A stretch of DNA of 64,000 nucleotides from Octopus vulgaris (GCA_951406725.2 OX597822.1:10788001-10852000), one strand, 5' to 3'. Shown: positions 13,195-26,724, counted from the stretch's first letter. Made by a program: numbers and translations. The notes: generated by a model from the letters alone, not told the origin.

Positions 13195-13960
13195 AGATCG
13201 AATTTTGTCAAACTGCTTTTTAACAGAGCTACACCTACACTTCGTACATTTCCCAGATTTTAAAAAAAGACTTTAAAAAGCTGTGGTTCTTTGAAGCTTA
13301 GAGCATTGGATCTTTACTCTAGATGGAGAGAGAGGAACCTTTGGCATTATGCAGTGGCATTTATCTCAGCGGTTGGGGTGGCTCTCAAACCCGATCCACA
13401 ACATTATTTTGTATTTTAGAGAACTCAAACTTCTGAGAATGTTATTAATATTAAACGTTTTATACATAAAATGGCATAATTGTTGTACACATATTCGTAT
13501 CAGCAACCAATGTAGCCACCCTAGGAAGTAACTCACCTCATTTCCTCCTAAATATGTTACAACTACAACATCCCATATCTCGAATGCGATGTATCCTCCA
13601 TCACTCTCTTCCACCCTATTACAACTGTTCCTGCTTCCCTGAACTAGCCAGCTGTACACTATCCCAGCACAACTATCATCTCAATAAAGATTGTGCCCCA
13701 CTGATACACAGCTGTGCATCATTCATACACATTTATCCTAATAAGTAACTTACCTCCTTCTAGCCCCCAACATCTCACAATTTCCATCTCGTCAATGCAA
13801 TATATACCCTGCATCTGTTATTCCTTCCACCACTATCACAGTTCCTGTTCCTCTCAACTAAATAGCTTTTCATGTACAATTACTCTATAAGTGCCAATAT
13901 TTTCTTCTGTCACCTTTAGTATTGTGTCTCACTCTCAATATCGCGTACGAAAAATGTTTT
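13195..13960 (-). pseudogene. Ancient CR1/Jockey-group LINE relic (RT end and C-terminus)
   Basis: Minus-strand GFESHPNR*DKCHCIMPKVP and ALSFKEPQLFKVF...LKSSLTKF resemble the conserved (S)LxFxGPQLFNxLP...FKxxLDxF tail; possible interrupted SYA..DNTK near 13900-13950; heavily decayed. Confidence 0.5.
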
Positions 13961-14340
13961 CCTCAATCCTGTACCTCACAAGAATGCCATCGAGAACCCT
14001 TCCCGGCATGTTTTTCCTCCAAACAAATTTTGCTTTGCCACATACCGAACTTTTAGAAATAGCAGCCAAAGAACTTAGCTATTTCTTCTACTATAAGAAG
14101 AATCTCCCAAACAATGTATACTCAGAAACAATTCACGTAGGCATAGAGGAAAAAATAACGAAAATTCACCCGGCATTTGATTACTTGTGGACGCTTTTTC
14201 ATCGTTAGATAGATATAAAGATGCAAGAATTACATCTCCATTCTGTCATTCTCTTCATCAGCACAAAGATTTCAATATTTTAAATCAAATGCCGAGTGAA
14301 GAATCTCCCAGACAATGTATACTCAAAAACAATTCACGTA

Positions 14341-14468
14341 ATTTACCGACCCCGAAAGGATGACAGGCAAAGTCGACCTCGGCGGAATTCGAACTTAAAA
14401 CGTAGCAACGGGAGAAATACCGCTAAGCATTTCACCCGGCGTCCTAACGATTCTGCCAATTCACCGCC
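14341..14468 (-). mobile_element. tRNA-derived SINE family B (5' part)
   Basis: Reverse complement GGCGGTGAATTGGCAGAATCGTTAGG...GTTCGAATTCCGCCGAGGTCGACTTTGCC...CCTTTCGGGGTCGGTAAA. Confidence 0.85.
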
Positions 14469-14481
14469 TTTAATAATAATA

Positions 14482-14522
<41 letters not shown>

Positions 14523-14569
14523 AATAATAATAATCATAATAATAATAATAATAAATGTAATAATAATAA

Positions 14570-15064
14570 TGTTATCATGTACATTGTTTTGTCTTGGTAT
14601 AAAAGATGGGCTACAGCAAATATTCTGCTCAATACCACAGATTTGCTTGTCAGTTGTTTGACCTTAACCAGTTGAGCATGTCCTTTAGTGGCTGACGATA
14701 TGTGCATCTCTGATCACGAGCAGAAGTAGTGGAGGAGCAACATAGCCAGTGTTGAGAGGGATTCTTTGGGGTTTGAATAATTCACCTCTGGAAACATGGG
14801 TGGTTCTTTCAACATCCTTAAACAACCCTTATTCAGGGACCTTTTGAGCGGGATGGGCTACTCAACCTGAAGAAAATTCTAACTGGGCCCCACCAGCAAG
14901 GTCATGTGCTGTTTATCTTGATATGTGATCACTATGTCGCGCACATATGGTTGTGATGCATGTGCCTGGTGTACCCTTATCAGACGGGTAGTCGTGATGG
15001 GTATATTGGGCTTCGTATATTTTACCCCAGTGTCACTTTGATGGCATGAACTGCTCTCTCACTC
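14570..15064 (+). mobile_element. Non-coding TAA-embedded element, 5'-truncated copy
   Basis: Near-identical to the 3' 495 bp of 19758-20313; same 3' end CTCTCTCACTC followed by AATAAT. Confidence 0.88.
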
Positions 15065-15564
15065 AATAATAATAATAAAGATTTTCAGGAAGTGAAGGCA
15101 GATGGGAAATGGAACTGTTGATGAAGAATAAAGAAATGGAAGGGATAAAATTTCAAGGAAATTGCCATTTATTAATGCTTAATATAGATTTTTGATGTGT
15201 GTTTAAACATTGTGCTATATTTGCTATCTTTTAGTCTGTCATTTTGATATCTAGTAAGAACTGCAGTAACAAAAGCAACAATGATCACAAGAGCGACAAA
15301 GATATAAACATTAAGAGCAGCCACCACATCAGTTGTAGTAGCGAAAAATAACTCGACATCATCAGCAATATCAACAACAAAATACAACAAATGTTTGTTT
15401 ACGATATGTCCAACATAAATACACACTTGAGTAAAAATGCATTCATACATACATACATACAAACATATACACACATATACACGCTCGCACAACTTGTTAT
15501 TTTATGTCGGTGCTTAACATGTCTTCATATCTAGATATCTACTAGGGCAGAACAAGAACGACAA

Positions 15565-16232
<668 letters not shown>

Positions 16233-16774
16233 TTCTTTATTAGCTACTGGAACTCAAGAGATACCGGAAAATAGAAGCACTAAATGGGTGCAGGGTGGAA
16301 GGAACAAATTATATAAAGTTAAGTGGTGTGAAGGACATTATGCAAGATGTGTGTGTGTGTCTGTGTGTCTGTGTGTCTACGTGTGAATGTGAAGAATGGG
16401 ACGAGTTAAAAATTATGAAAACACGAATATTCACACGGGTTGAGTGAAAAGGTGTGGTAAAACATAAAACAATTACAAAAAAACAAGATAGCTGTATAAA
16501 TATGAAAATGTTCGCTTGCATTCATCGGAGTACCCAACGTTTCTGATAAAGCAACTGCTTTACTTCCATCCTATATTGTTCATAGATAATCATTCCTGAA
16601 TGTTCCACTTCGAGTATTTGTGTCATTGTGAGCAAGTGAGGACCGAAGCTCAATGGTCCCTTATCATAACACCATGTAAAGTCTACACGGAATTTTTACT
16701 AATACACATGTCCTCGTTTATCACGGGGATATAGTTAAAAAATAATCAGTAATAAATGAATCACTAAAATTTAA

Positions 16775-16968
16775 TCATCTGCGCACACATTGTGAGTGGA
16801 GCGAATGGTAGATTTACTCACATCGAACTTGCTGCCCACAGCTGCGAAGATTCAATCATCGCGTATTTTCGCGATCACTTCTGCCTTTTTTTTCTGTATT
16901 GAATACACTCGTCGATGTCGCTTGTTAGGATCAGGCGCCTTTACATACTTTCTGTTCATTGGTCCCAT
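16775..16968 (-). pseudogene. pogo/Tigger-like transposase N-terminal HTH relic (CENP-B N/psq type)
   Basis: MGPMNRKYVKAPDPNKRHRRVYSIQKKKAEVIAKIRDD*IFAAVGSKFDVSKSTIRS matches the KRxxxSxxxKxEVI...G.S...V..KF.VSKSTIRS pattern; one stop or frameshift. Confidence 0.7.
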
Positions 16969-17256
16969 GCCGTTGGATGCGAGTACGAAATCCCGTATAA
17001 AAAGTACGCAGCCTCGCATGCGTTCATGTAAGCGGAAGCGATGATCAGTGTATCCTGGGAAACTGAGCATTATAGATAGTCGCTAGAGGGTGTTGGTGTG
17101 GAGCACATGCAGAAAACTCGATAAATTGCCGAACTGTGTTAACACAGATCAATCTCTGATAAGCTTAACATTATTTAACTGAGCATACCGTGTTATCCAG
17201 GAACTGTGATGACAGAATCAGTGATAAACAAGTCTATGTGCATCCTGCTTTTTTTA

Positions 17257-17651
17257 TCTTTATATATAAAAGTAAGGTTGTGTGTCTGTCTCCTACGATT
17301 TAGATTCCTAACTACTCCCACATTTTGCGGTGCAGTTTAACCAAAACCGGGTATCTTATAGTCGTGATTCATATCGAGCCCTTCTGGGTATTAGCGCGCG
17401 TCTACGATGAGTCTACGATTTAAAAAAACATTACTATCATTTTTTCCATTTTAATGCATTTTTTCGCTATTATATAAGGGAAGTAACTCTCTAAAAATGT
17501 CTACGATGAGTCAACGATTTAAAAAAAAATTTACCATCATTTTTTTTCCATTTTTAATGCATTTTTTTGCTATTTTTGGCTATAACTCGCTAAAAATGCT
17601 TATATGGTTATTTCCCTTACAAACCCGAGCAATGCCGGGCGATACTGTTAG
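17257..17651 (+). mobile_element. Non-autonomous Helitron with an internal tandem duplication of about 99 bp
   Basis: A|TCTTTATATATAAAAG start, CCCGAGCAATGCCGGG hairpin, TTAG|T end (CTAG with C>T); repeats at 17401-17499 and 17500-17598. Confidence 0.88.
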
Positions 17652-18274
17652 TGCTTCTATAAATTATCTCATTTCCTTCTTGATTCGTACTTTGTAAGGA
17701 AATTGCATTTATTCATAACACAAGTGTCACATCAGATCTTTGCAAAAGGAAGTTCAGGCTTGCGCTGATTTTTCCTCACAGAATATGTGTTCTCCTTCAT
17801 CCACGTGAATTTTTTCTCAGCTTAAAGTAAATAAAACTTTGTTGTTGATGTTGGTGTCCCCGATGCCTTTTTCAAAATTCTCCTTCGTGTTAATGTTTCC
17901 AACATTTTTGTGTCTTTTATTTTACACTTATACGTATAAGTGGTTAAACCTGAACTTCTGTCTATCTTTTATGTATTCATTATCTGGGAATTTTTATGCG
18001 TTTCTTTCGTTAAAGTAAAATGGTATGTTTGCTGACGCTACTTACTGCTTCAAAGACTGTGGCGAGAAGCTAATTCTGCTATTTCTGAGGTAACCATCTT
18101 GAAATGCATGTTTATATTGCGAATGGCCATTTGCCAAAAATATGTAAACTGTTTAAAATATCTAGAGACAAAGCTTTATTCTCCTTCAGGTAATTGAGTA
18201 GATCCTCAAACAATTCGAAAGACTTCTGTAAGTAAAATCTAGAACAATAAAAACATTTTTTCGTATGATAAATA

Positions 18275-18665
18275 GGCTGTGTGGTAAGTAGCTTGCTTAC
18301 CAGCCACATGGTTCCGGGTTCAGTCCCACTGCGTGGCATCTTGGGCATGTGTCTTCTGCTATAGCCTCGGGCCGACTAATGCCTTGTGAGTGGATTTGGT
18401 AGACGGAAACTGAAAGAAGCCTGTCGGATATATGTATATATATGTATGTATGTGGTGTGTGTGTTTGTGTGTCTGTGTTTGTCCCCCTAGCATTGCTTGA
18501 AACCGATGCTGGTGTGTTTATGTCCCCGTCACTGAGCGGTTCGGCAAAAAGAGACCGATAGAATAAATACTGGGCTTACAAAGAATAAGTCCCGGGGTCG
18601 AGTTGCTCGATTAAAGGTGGTGCTCCAGCATGGCCGCAGTCAAATAACTGAAACAAGTAAAAGAG
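18275..18665 (+). mobile_element. tRNA-derived SINE family A, near full length
   Basis: GGCTGTGTGGTAAG A box, GGTTCAGTCCC B box, shared body and tail. Confidence 0.92.
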
Positions 18666-18724
18666 AAAAAAAATAAGGAAACTCACTTAGAGGTACCCAC
18701 TCGCATTAGAAATTAATAGTAATA

Positions 18725-18930
18725 ATCCTATCTACTACAGACCTGACATTCTGGGAGAGGTGGTAAGTCTATTACGTCGACCCCAGTGCTCAACTGGTAC
18801 TTATTTTATCACTCCCGAAAGGATGAAAGGAAAAGTCGAACTCGGTGGAATTTGAAATCGGAACGTAGCGACAGACAAAATACCACTGAGCATTTCACTC
18901 GGCGTACTAATGATTCTGCCAGCTCGCTGC
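18725..18930 (-). mobile_element. SINE family B, diverged
   Basis: Reverse complement of the family B head, core (TTTCATCCTTTCGGG) and tail. Confidence 0.8.
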
Positions 18931-18998
<68 letters not shown>

Positions 18999-19012
18999 GC
19001 TACTAATAATAC

Positions 19013-19094
<82 letters not shown>

Positions 19095-19096
<2 letters not shown>

Positions 19097-19690
19097 TGGA
19101 AGTGTTATCATGTACATTGTTTTGTCTTGGTATGAACACCATCCTCAGCCAGTTGTTGAAGGTAAAGATGTCACCATCCTCTGGGATTTTCCAGTCAACA
19201 CTGACAGAACGATCAAGGCTAATCGACCAGACATAATTGTTAAAGACAGGGAAGAAAATACCTGCAGACTAATAGAAATAAGCGTCCCCACTGATAAAAA
19301 TGTATCTGTCAAGGAATTTGACAAACTTAGTAAATATAAGGACCTGGAAATCGAAATATAGAGGATGTGGAATCTTAAAACAAAAACTGTTCCTGTTATT
19401 GTAGGTGCCCTATGTATGATAAAAAAGGGATGTCAGAAACACCTAGACAATATCCCTGGAAAACCATGTCTCAAGGAAATCCAAAAGATTGTGCTAACAA
19501 GTACTGCCCACATCCTTAGAAAAACCCTATCAATGTAAATGTTTGTGTTTGCATTACATGGAGATATATCTCTACTTCCCCTCCCCAAGCTTTCAGCTAT
19601 ATTTCAACAACTCTTAACTTTCACTTGCTCTAGGGCGCTGGGTGTGCCCCGGCAGGTGATTGCATCAAACATGCAGATTAAAAGTAAATG
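19095..19690 (+). mobile_element. R4/Dong-like RLE 3' fragment fused to 39 bp of the non-coding TAA element
   Basis: WYEHHP...ILWDFPVNTDRTIKANRPDIIVKD...LIEISVP..KLSKYKDLEIEI...PVIVGAL...TAHILRKTL (PD..D/E restriction-like endonuclease); 3' UTR then (TAA)n. Confidence 0.92.
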
Positions 19691-19757
19691 ACAATGATAA
19701 TAATAATAATAATAATAATAATAATGTTAATAATAATAATAATTATAATAATAATAA

Positions 19758-20313
19758 ATGCCCTGATGCAGTACCAGGCAGTGGCTCTCATGGCTTCTGA
19801 TCTTAACTGATTGGAAGTGTTATCATGTACATTGTTTTGTCTTGGTATAAAAGATGGGCTACGGTAAATATTCTGCTCAATACCACAGATTTGCTTGTCA
19901 GTTGTTTGAACTTAACCAGTTGAGCATGTCCCTTAGTGGCTGACGATATGTGCATCTCTGATCACGAGCAGAAGTAGTGGGGGAGCATCATAGTCATGTG
20001 TTGAGAGGGATTCTTTGGGGTTTGAATAATTCACCTCTGGAAACATGGGTGGTTCTTTCAACATCCTTAAACAACCCTTATTCAGGGACCTTTTGAGCGG
20101 GATGGGCTACTCAACTTGAAGAAAATTCTAACTGGGCCCCACCAGCAAGGTCATGTGCTGTTTATCTTGATATGAGATCACCATGTCGCGCACATATGGT
20201 TGTGATGCATGTGCCTGGTGTACCCTTATCAGACGGGTAGTCATGATGAGTATACTGGGCTTCGTATATTTTACCCCAGTGTCACTTTGATGGCATGCAC
20301 TGCTCTCTCACTC
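19758..20313 (+). mobile_element. Non-coding TAA-embedded element, longest copy (556 bp)
   Basis: (TAA)n on both sides; three other copies in the window; no long ORF or tRNA head seen. Confidence 0.88.
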
Positions 20314-20388
20314 AATAATAATAATAATAATGATAATAATAATAACAACAACAAAAATAATAATAATAATAATAATAGTAGTAGTAGC

Positions 20389-20491
<103 letters not shown>

Positions 20492-20511
20492 GTAATAATA
20501 ATAATAACAAA

Positions 20512-20965
20512 ACCTTTCTACTATAGGCACAAGGCCTGGATTTTTGTGGTGAAGGGAACAGTCGATCACAACGACTCCAGTGTTTCACTGGTACTTAATT
20601 TATCGTCCCCGAAATGCTGAAAGAGAAAGTCGACCTTGACGGAATTTGAACTCAGAAATCAAACGACGACTGAAGTGCCGATAAGCATTTTGCCCAACAA
20701 TGCTGACGATTCTGCCACTTCGATGTCTTAATAATAATAATAATAATAATAATCCTTTCTGATATAGGTACATGACCTGAAATTTTGGAGATGGGGCAAG
20801 TCAATGACGTCGACCGCAGTACTGAACTGGTACTTAACTTATCGGCTCCGAAAGGATGATAGGCAAAGTCAACCTCGGCAGAATTTGAACTCAGAATGTA
20901 AAGACGGACGAAATGCCACTAAGCAATTTGGCCGGTGTGCTAACGATTGTGCCAGCTCGTCGCTT
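20512..20965 (-). mobile_element. Two tandem SINE family B copies (about 20512-20730 and 20752-20965)
   Basis: Each has the tail CCTTTCTACTATAGGCACAAGGCCTG (rc), the core and the head CTGCCA/GCTCG (rc); separated by (TAA)n. Confidence 0.82.
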
Positions 20966-22112
20966 TCATTAGTAATAATAACAATGATGATGATGATGAT
21001 GATACGCAGCTATTTTGTACTTTAACAATATTTTATTCCGCTGGGAAGTGTTGGGAGACATTCCAAGGAGAAATCTGAATAACGGTTGCAGTTTTTAAGG
21101 TTAGCATAAAAACGTCATAAAAAAGCAAACGATGTAATGAAATGTCCTTTAGCCCGGAATAAACAAGTCAGTTTTGAGTGTGTATACCAATGAAGAAAAG
21201 TATTCCATCTGCAACTATTCAACCATTTTTAGAACTGCATACGATTACATCATCCAATGCGTCCCTTGCTTATTTCAGACGATAGATAGAAAGTATGACT
21301 TAAAGATTCTTTTGCTATTCTTAACAGATCGAATGATAATGAACAGACTCTCACTTTGCCTTGTACGAATGAAATAAAATTCTGCCAATTGGAGGTAAGT
21401 GGATTACCAGCAAGGGGTAATCAAAGAATCTTTTATAATTTTCTCTACCAAAGTCATCTGCCCTTTCCCTAAACGCAGCTTACGATATACAAACGCTGAG
21501 TTCAAAGCAGGAATAATTTTCACTCAAGGGCATGCTCGACACTTCTCAAGTAACTTCCAGAGAACCTAAAAGAGACAAGGGTTGCAGCAACAGTGATGGT
21601 GATAATGATGACGACGACGGCGGCGGCGGCGACGGCGGTGATGATCACTATGTCTTTTATTAACTGTAAATAAACGCTTAAAGCAATGAAAACAAAGAAC
21701 GAGGCTGGCAATAAAAAGGTATAAATAAGATAAAGGTCACAGTACTTAACCAGAAGCCAACCTACCTCTTAGAAAAATACTTCAGCTATCTTTATTCCGT
21801 CTATGAATTTCGGTGCCAGTAAACAATTGAGAATATTAAGAAGGTGGCAATGTGTATTCGCTCTTCGTACATAAAATCGTTTTGAGTAACAAGTATTATT
21901 GTTTCTTCTTTTAGTCGTTGTTCTTACGGCGACTGTTTAAGTTTTACTGCCAGTATTTTCCCTTCAATATTATCGCTGTTTATTATATTTTTATTACCGT
22001 CCTTCATTGTTATTTTTGATTTCGCCTTCATGTTACATGATGTTAAAATGCCTCCCACTGGCTTTCGTATATATGGCTACTGTTCTCAAAGTCATATTAT
22101 TATTACTACTAC

Positions 22113-22166
<54 letters not shown>

Positions 22167-22194
22167 CATCATCATCATCATCATCATCATCACC

Positions 22195-22239
<45 letters not shown>

Positions 22240-22365
22240 GTTGTCGTCATCACAACCACCACCATCACCATCATCATCATCATTATTTATTATTGTTATT
22301 ATTATCATTATTATTATTATTATTATTATCATCATCATCATCATCATCATCATTATTTATTATTA

Positions 22366-22459
<94 letters not shown>

Positions 22460-22483
22460 CATTATTATTATTATTATTTAATT

Positions 22484-22900
22484 TACGCACAACAGATTAG
22501 ACTGTTGGAAATGTTCCCAACATCGGGCTGCAAAAAGTATCCTTAGACGCGAAGAAACTTCCTAAGTATCCTAGCTGTCCCTAATTATATTGTTTGCTGG
22601 AACAGCACTAAACTAGTTTTTTAATGCCTATTTCGTCTATCCATCGGTTCAATTCGTTAGGAATAGTTCCTAATGCACCCATTGCTACGGGAGTACATTT
22701 TACCCACACTTTCCATTGCTTCTGTAACTCAATGGCTACGTCCTGGTACTTTCTTATTTTCTCTATGCCTCTCATTTTAACGTTCTCATCATTTGAAATT
22801 GTAAAGTCAGTTACATGACACTTTTTGTCTAATGAATGTTTTAAATCCCACAAATTATATTTTTTACTTTCTAGCACTTTAGACGAATCATGTTCATACT
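22484..22900 (-). mobile_element. R4/Dong-like RLE 3' fragment, diverged
   Basis: KKCHVTDFTISNDENVKMRGIEKIRKYQDVAIELQKQWKVWVKCTPVAMGALGTIP...LGTARILRK; ends in (TAA)n. Confidence 0.85.
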
Positions 22901-23016
22901 TTTTATCAGTCTGGTCAACTCCTAGCTTTCTACATCCTGGTCAAATACTAGCTTTCTTAGGTTGTCAGTCCTTTTCTTGTATTCTTTCTGTGCCAGCATA
23001 CTACATTCACTAACTA

Positions 23017-23280
23017 TACAAGGGTGGGCTGAACATTTCATAGGCTGACCATGTAGGAGTGATACCAGAAGTATGAAATCTTGCATGAATTAATTTCAAA
23101 AATTTTAATGAAAACTTGTGTTGTTTTTCAAATCTTTTTATGAAGAATTGTGTTGTGTTTCCCAGGTAAACTGACATCAAGCTGTTCAAAGACGACTTCA
23201 GAAGTAACTAGTGTCAATTTCTTTTGAAAATGAACAAAAGGTGACATCGTGGTGTTATCAAGTACCTGCACAAAATAGGC
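23017..23280 (+). mobile_element. mariner-like element 5' end with transposase start
   Basis: TA|CAAGGGTGGGCTGAACATTTCATAGGCTGAC terminus; ATG at 23230 reads MNKR*HRGVIKYLHKIG, like mariner N-termini; cut by a SINE B. Confidence 0.65.
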
Positions 23281-23460
23281 AATATGTAGTTCCAAACCTT
23301 TACATTCTGAGTTCAAATCCCTCCAAAGTCAACTTTGCTTTCACCTTTTCGCGGTCGATAAAAAAAAATAGCATCAGCTCAGTACTAGAGTGGTTACAAA
23401 CCGCTTTTCCCATCATGCACCGACAAAAATCGCTAACCTTGTGCCTATGGAGGAAATAAT
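23281..23460 (+). mobile_element. SINE family B, degenerate
   Basis: TTCTGAGTTCAAATCC...GTCAACTTTGCTTTCACCTTTTCGCGGTCGATAAA...CCTTGTGCCTAT. Confidence 0.7.
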
Positions 23461-23931
23461 TATTTATAATCCGGATCAAATGAAAGACAAAATCGACTTT
23501 ACCGGTATTTGAACATCAGTATGTCAAGTTACAGATAAGATAAAAGACAAAAAAATGAAAAGAAAGGAAACAAAAAAATGCCCCCACCACAAATTGCAGT
23601 ACCTTGAACACATTTCGTGTCGCTGTTACTATGACAACGAATCTTGTCGCGTTAGAGGAAAAAAATCAAACACAACCATACATGCAAACGAACAGAGGAT
23701 ATGAGGAATTGTATAAGTATGTGTGCGTGTGTGTATATTCTGGAGCATACGTGTGTGGGCGTGTGTGTTTGTATGTGTGTGTGCGTGTGTGTGTGTGTGT
23801 GTGCGTGCGTGCGTGTGTGTGTGTGTGTGTGTGTGTTTTGCGAACGTGTTTTGTTAGGAGAAAACTCTAGGGGAAACTAATTTAATCAATGGTTATAAGG
23901 CAAGGCAAGCAGGGAGATTTAAAGAAAACAA

Positions 23932-24029
<98 letters not shown>

Positions 24030-24044
24030 TAATAATAATAAAAT

Positions 24045-24128
<84 letters not shown>

Positions 24129-24430
24129 TAAAATTAACTTTCCACATGTATGAATGTTTGGGTTGTTGGGTTGAAAAATTGCTAATTCGAGTTACAGATT
24201 ACTACAACCAAAATTAATACCAACCAAATTCCTTCTTACCCAACCCAGCAACTCCTTAACATGTTTTTCTTCGCAATGCCAAAAGTAAAAAAAAAAAAGA
24301 AGAAAAAAAAAGTAAACAAAGAAATTCTTCATTCTTATTTTTTCTTTTTACTTTTCATTTTCATCTCGAGTATAATTTCGAAACTTTGCCAGAATGAGAA
24401 AATATTAATATATATATATATATATATATA

Positions 24431-24597
24431 GGCGCAGGAGTGGCTGTGTGGTAAGTAGCTTGCTTACCAACCACATGGTTCCGGGTTCAGTCCCACTGCG
24501 TGGCATCTTGGGCAAGTGTCTTCTGCTATAGCCCCGGGCCGACGAATGCCTTGTGAGTGGATTTGGTAGACGGAAACTGAAAGAAGCCTGTCGTATA
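24431..24597 (+). mobile_element. SINE family A, 5' half
   Basis: Intact head GGCGCAGGAGTGGCTGTGTGGTAAG; stops at the internal TA microsatellite. Confidence 0.9.
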
Positions 24598-24669
24598 TAT
24601 GTATATATATATATACAAATATATACATACATACTTACATACATACATATATGAACATATGTATATATT

Positions 24670-24775
24670 TTTAAAATGTAAGAAGCAAGATTAGGTTTAT
24701 CCGTGGAAAGAAAAGCCTACGCAAAAGACCACCGTAATCTCAGGCAGGGAGGGGATAAGCACATGAGAGCAAAGT

Positions 24776-24828
<53 letters not shown>

Positions 24829-25787
24829 TACAGGGTCATGCTCAAAGTAGTTTCGTCACTCGCACGCACAATCTTTGCTACATTCACCCACCTTTTTTGA
24901 AACTTTCGCGAGACAAAACCTGCCTCTCCATTCTCACCTTCCTTTTCAAGTGGTACTTGAAAAAGTTGATGAGCGATTGGCCAGAGAGGTAATTGTTTGT
25001 CTCTAATCCTTTCCCTCGAGTCCACCACACACATTCTTTCACCATAGCCACCAGTACAATGAAGATTGCCTTGCCTTCCCGGTTGAGGGAAGGTGGCGGA
25101 GCAATACCCGCGTCAGACTTGGCCGACAGGCGGACTCGTTCCACACGTGACAGCAGCTGTTCGGCATAAGTCCACAGGTCCTAACTGGTTGGACACTGCA
25201 AGAGTGCGTGCAGAATGGTTTCGTCGCTCTGACCGCATCTCGAGCAAGTCGGTCCGGTGTGTCTCGAATAGTGCCTGTAGAGCTTATCCCGAACAGGTAA
25301 TGCTTCTTGATAGCCCTGCCAGGCTAGGGATCTTTGGTGAGTGTCCATAGGTTCCGCCCCGAAAGTTGTCCTGAACAGGCGGGTCAAATTTTCCTCGTCG
25401 ACGCCCAGACTCTGCCCGAGTTCGTCGTCGCACCTCCCCTCCACTAATCCTCTATAGAATGCCTTTGTTGTGATGGAGTCGCACAAGTTTGGTCCCGGAC
25501 GGCAGAGTTGCTTGAGAGCAACGCGACACTCGCGGTGCCATTCGCCTAGCCTCGGTCTCTGTTTGATCCATGACTTCAGTTCGGCCAAGGAGACGAACTG
25601 CGGGAAAGCGCGCTACACAAACGGTGACCACACCTGTTCACCATCGTCTATGAAGCGCCGAAGATGTCGCAGTCTCAGCGCATGTCTGCGCATCATCAAC
25701 CACGGCATGCCAGCCCTCCATTTAGCGGGTGTTGACAGCAAATGGATCGCCTAACCATCGGAATGCTTCCCTTCCACAAGAAGCATT
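24670..25787 (-). mobile_element. L1/Tx1-clade LINE 3' fragment (ORF2 C-terminus with CCHC zinc finger, 3' UTR)
   Basis: FLWKGSIPMVRRSICCQHPLNGGL, SLAWQGYQEALPVRDKL...CSRCGQSDETILHALLQCP, KECVWWTR...FKKRW; a few frameshifts; GC-rich relative to flanks. Confidence 0.88.
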
Positions 25788-25865
25788 CATAGATAGATAT
25801 ATAGATGGATAGATTGATAGATGGATGGATGGATGGATACATACATACATACATACATACATACA

Positions 25866-25899
<34 letters not shown>

Positions 25900-26096
25900 C
25901 ATACATACATATAAATGATGCCCGCATAGACACACAGAAGCACACAAATATCGTACTCTCGACCCCAGACACATTGATGTCAAAAGTCTGGTAATCTGTA
26001 TGATATATTATAAAAGAACTACAATGTATTGATAGGGCAGAAAATAGGGAAAGTGCATACATATATGATACATGAGTAGTTAAACCAACAGGTAAG

Positions 26097-26293
<197 letters not shown>

Positions 26294-26561
26294 CGGATGA
26301 ACAGAGACAAGAAGAAGAGGGATTTTTTGGACAGAATGATGAATAAGGAGTGTCTGTATGAGTTATTGGTTGGATAAAGTGGAGATGTTACCTTAAATAC
26401 CCTAACATCATATATTGAAACTTCTGTACAAAACTGATTGCCACAGAGATGGCTGAGAGTTAATCTGTGAAGATGAAAGAGGTAAAAATCACATACATAT
26501 ACTGTCATCATATACGTATGTATGTATTGTAGGTATGCATATATACATACATATATATACA

Positions 26562-26639
<78 letters not shown>

Positions 26640-26724
26640 ATATATGTATGTATGTTTATATATATATATATATATGTGTGTGTATGTATATATATATATA
26701 TATATATATGCATATATATGTATG

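Noticed and set aside
17760-18110. Possible Tc1-like transposase relic on the minus strand
   Set aside because: Only faint peptide resemblance; no catalytic motif or TIR identified
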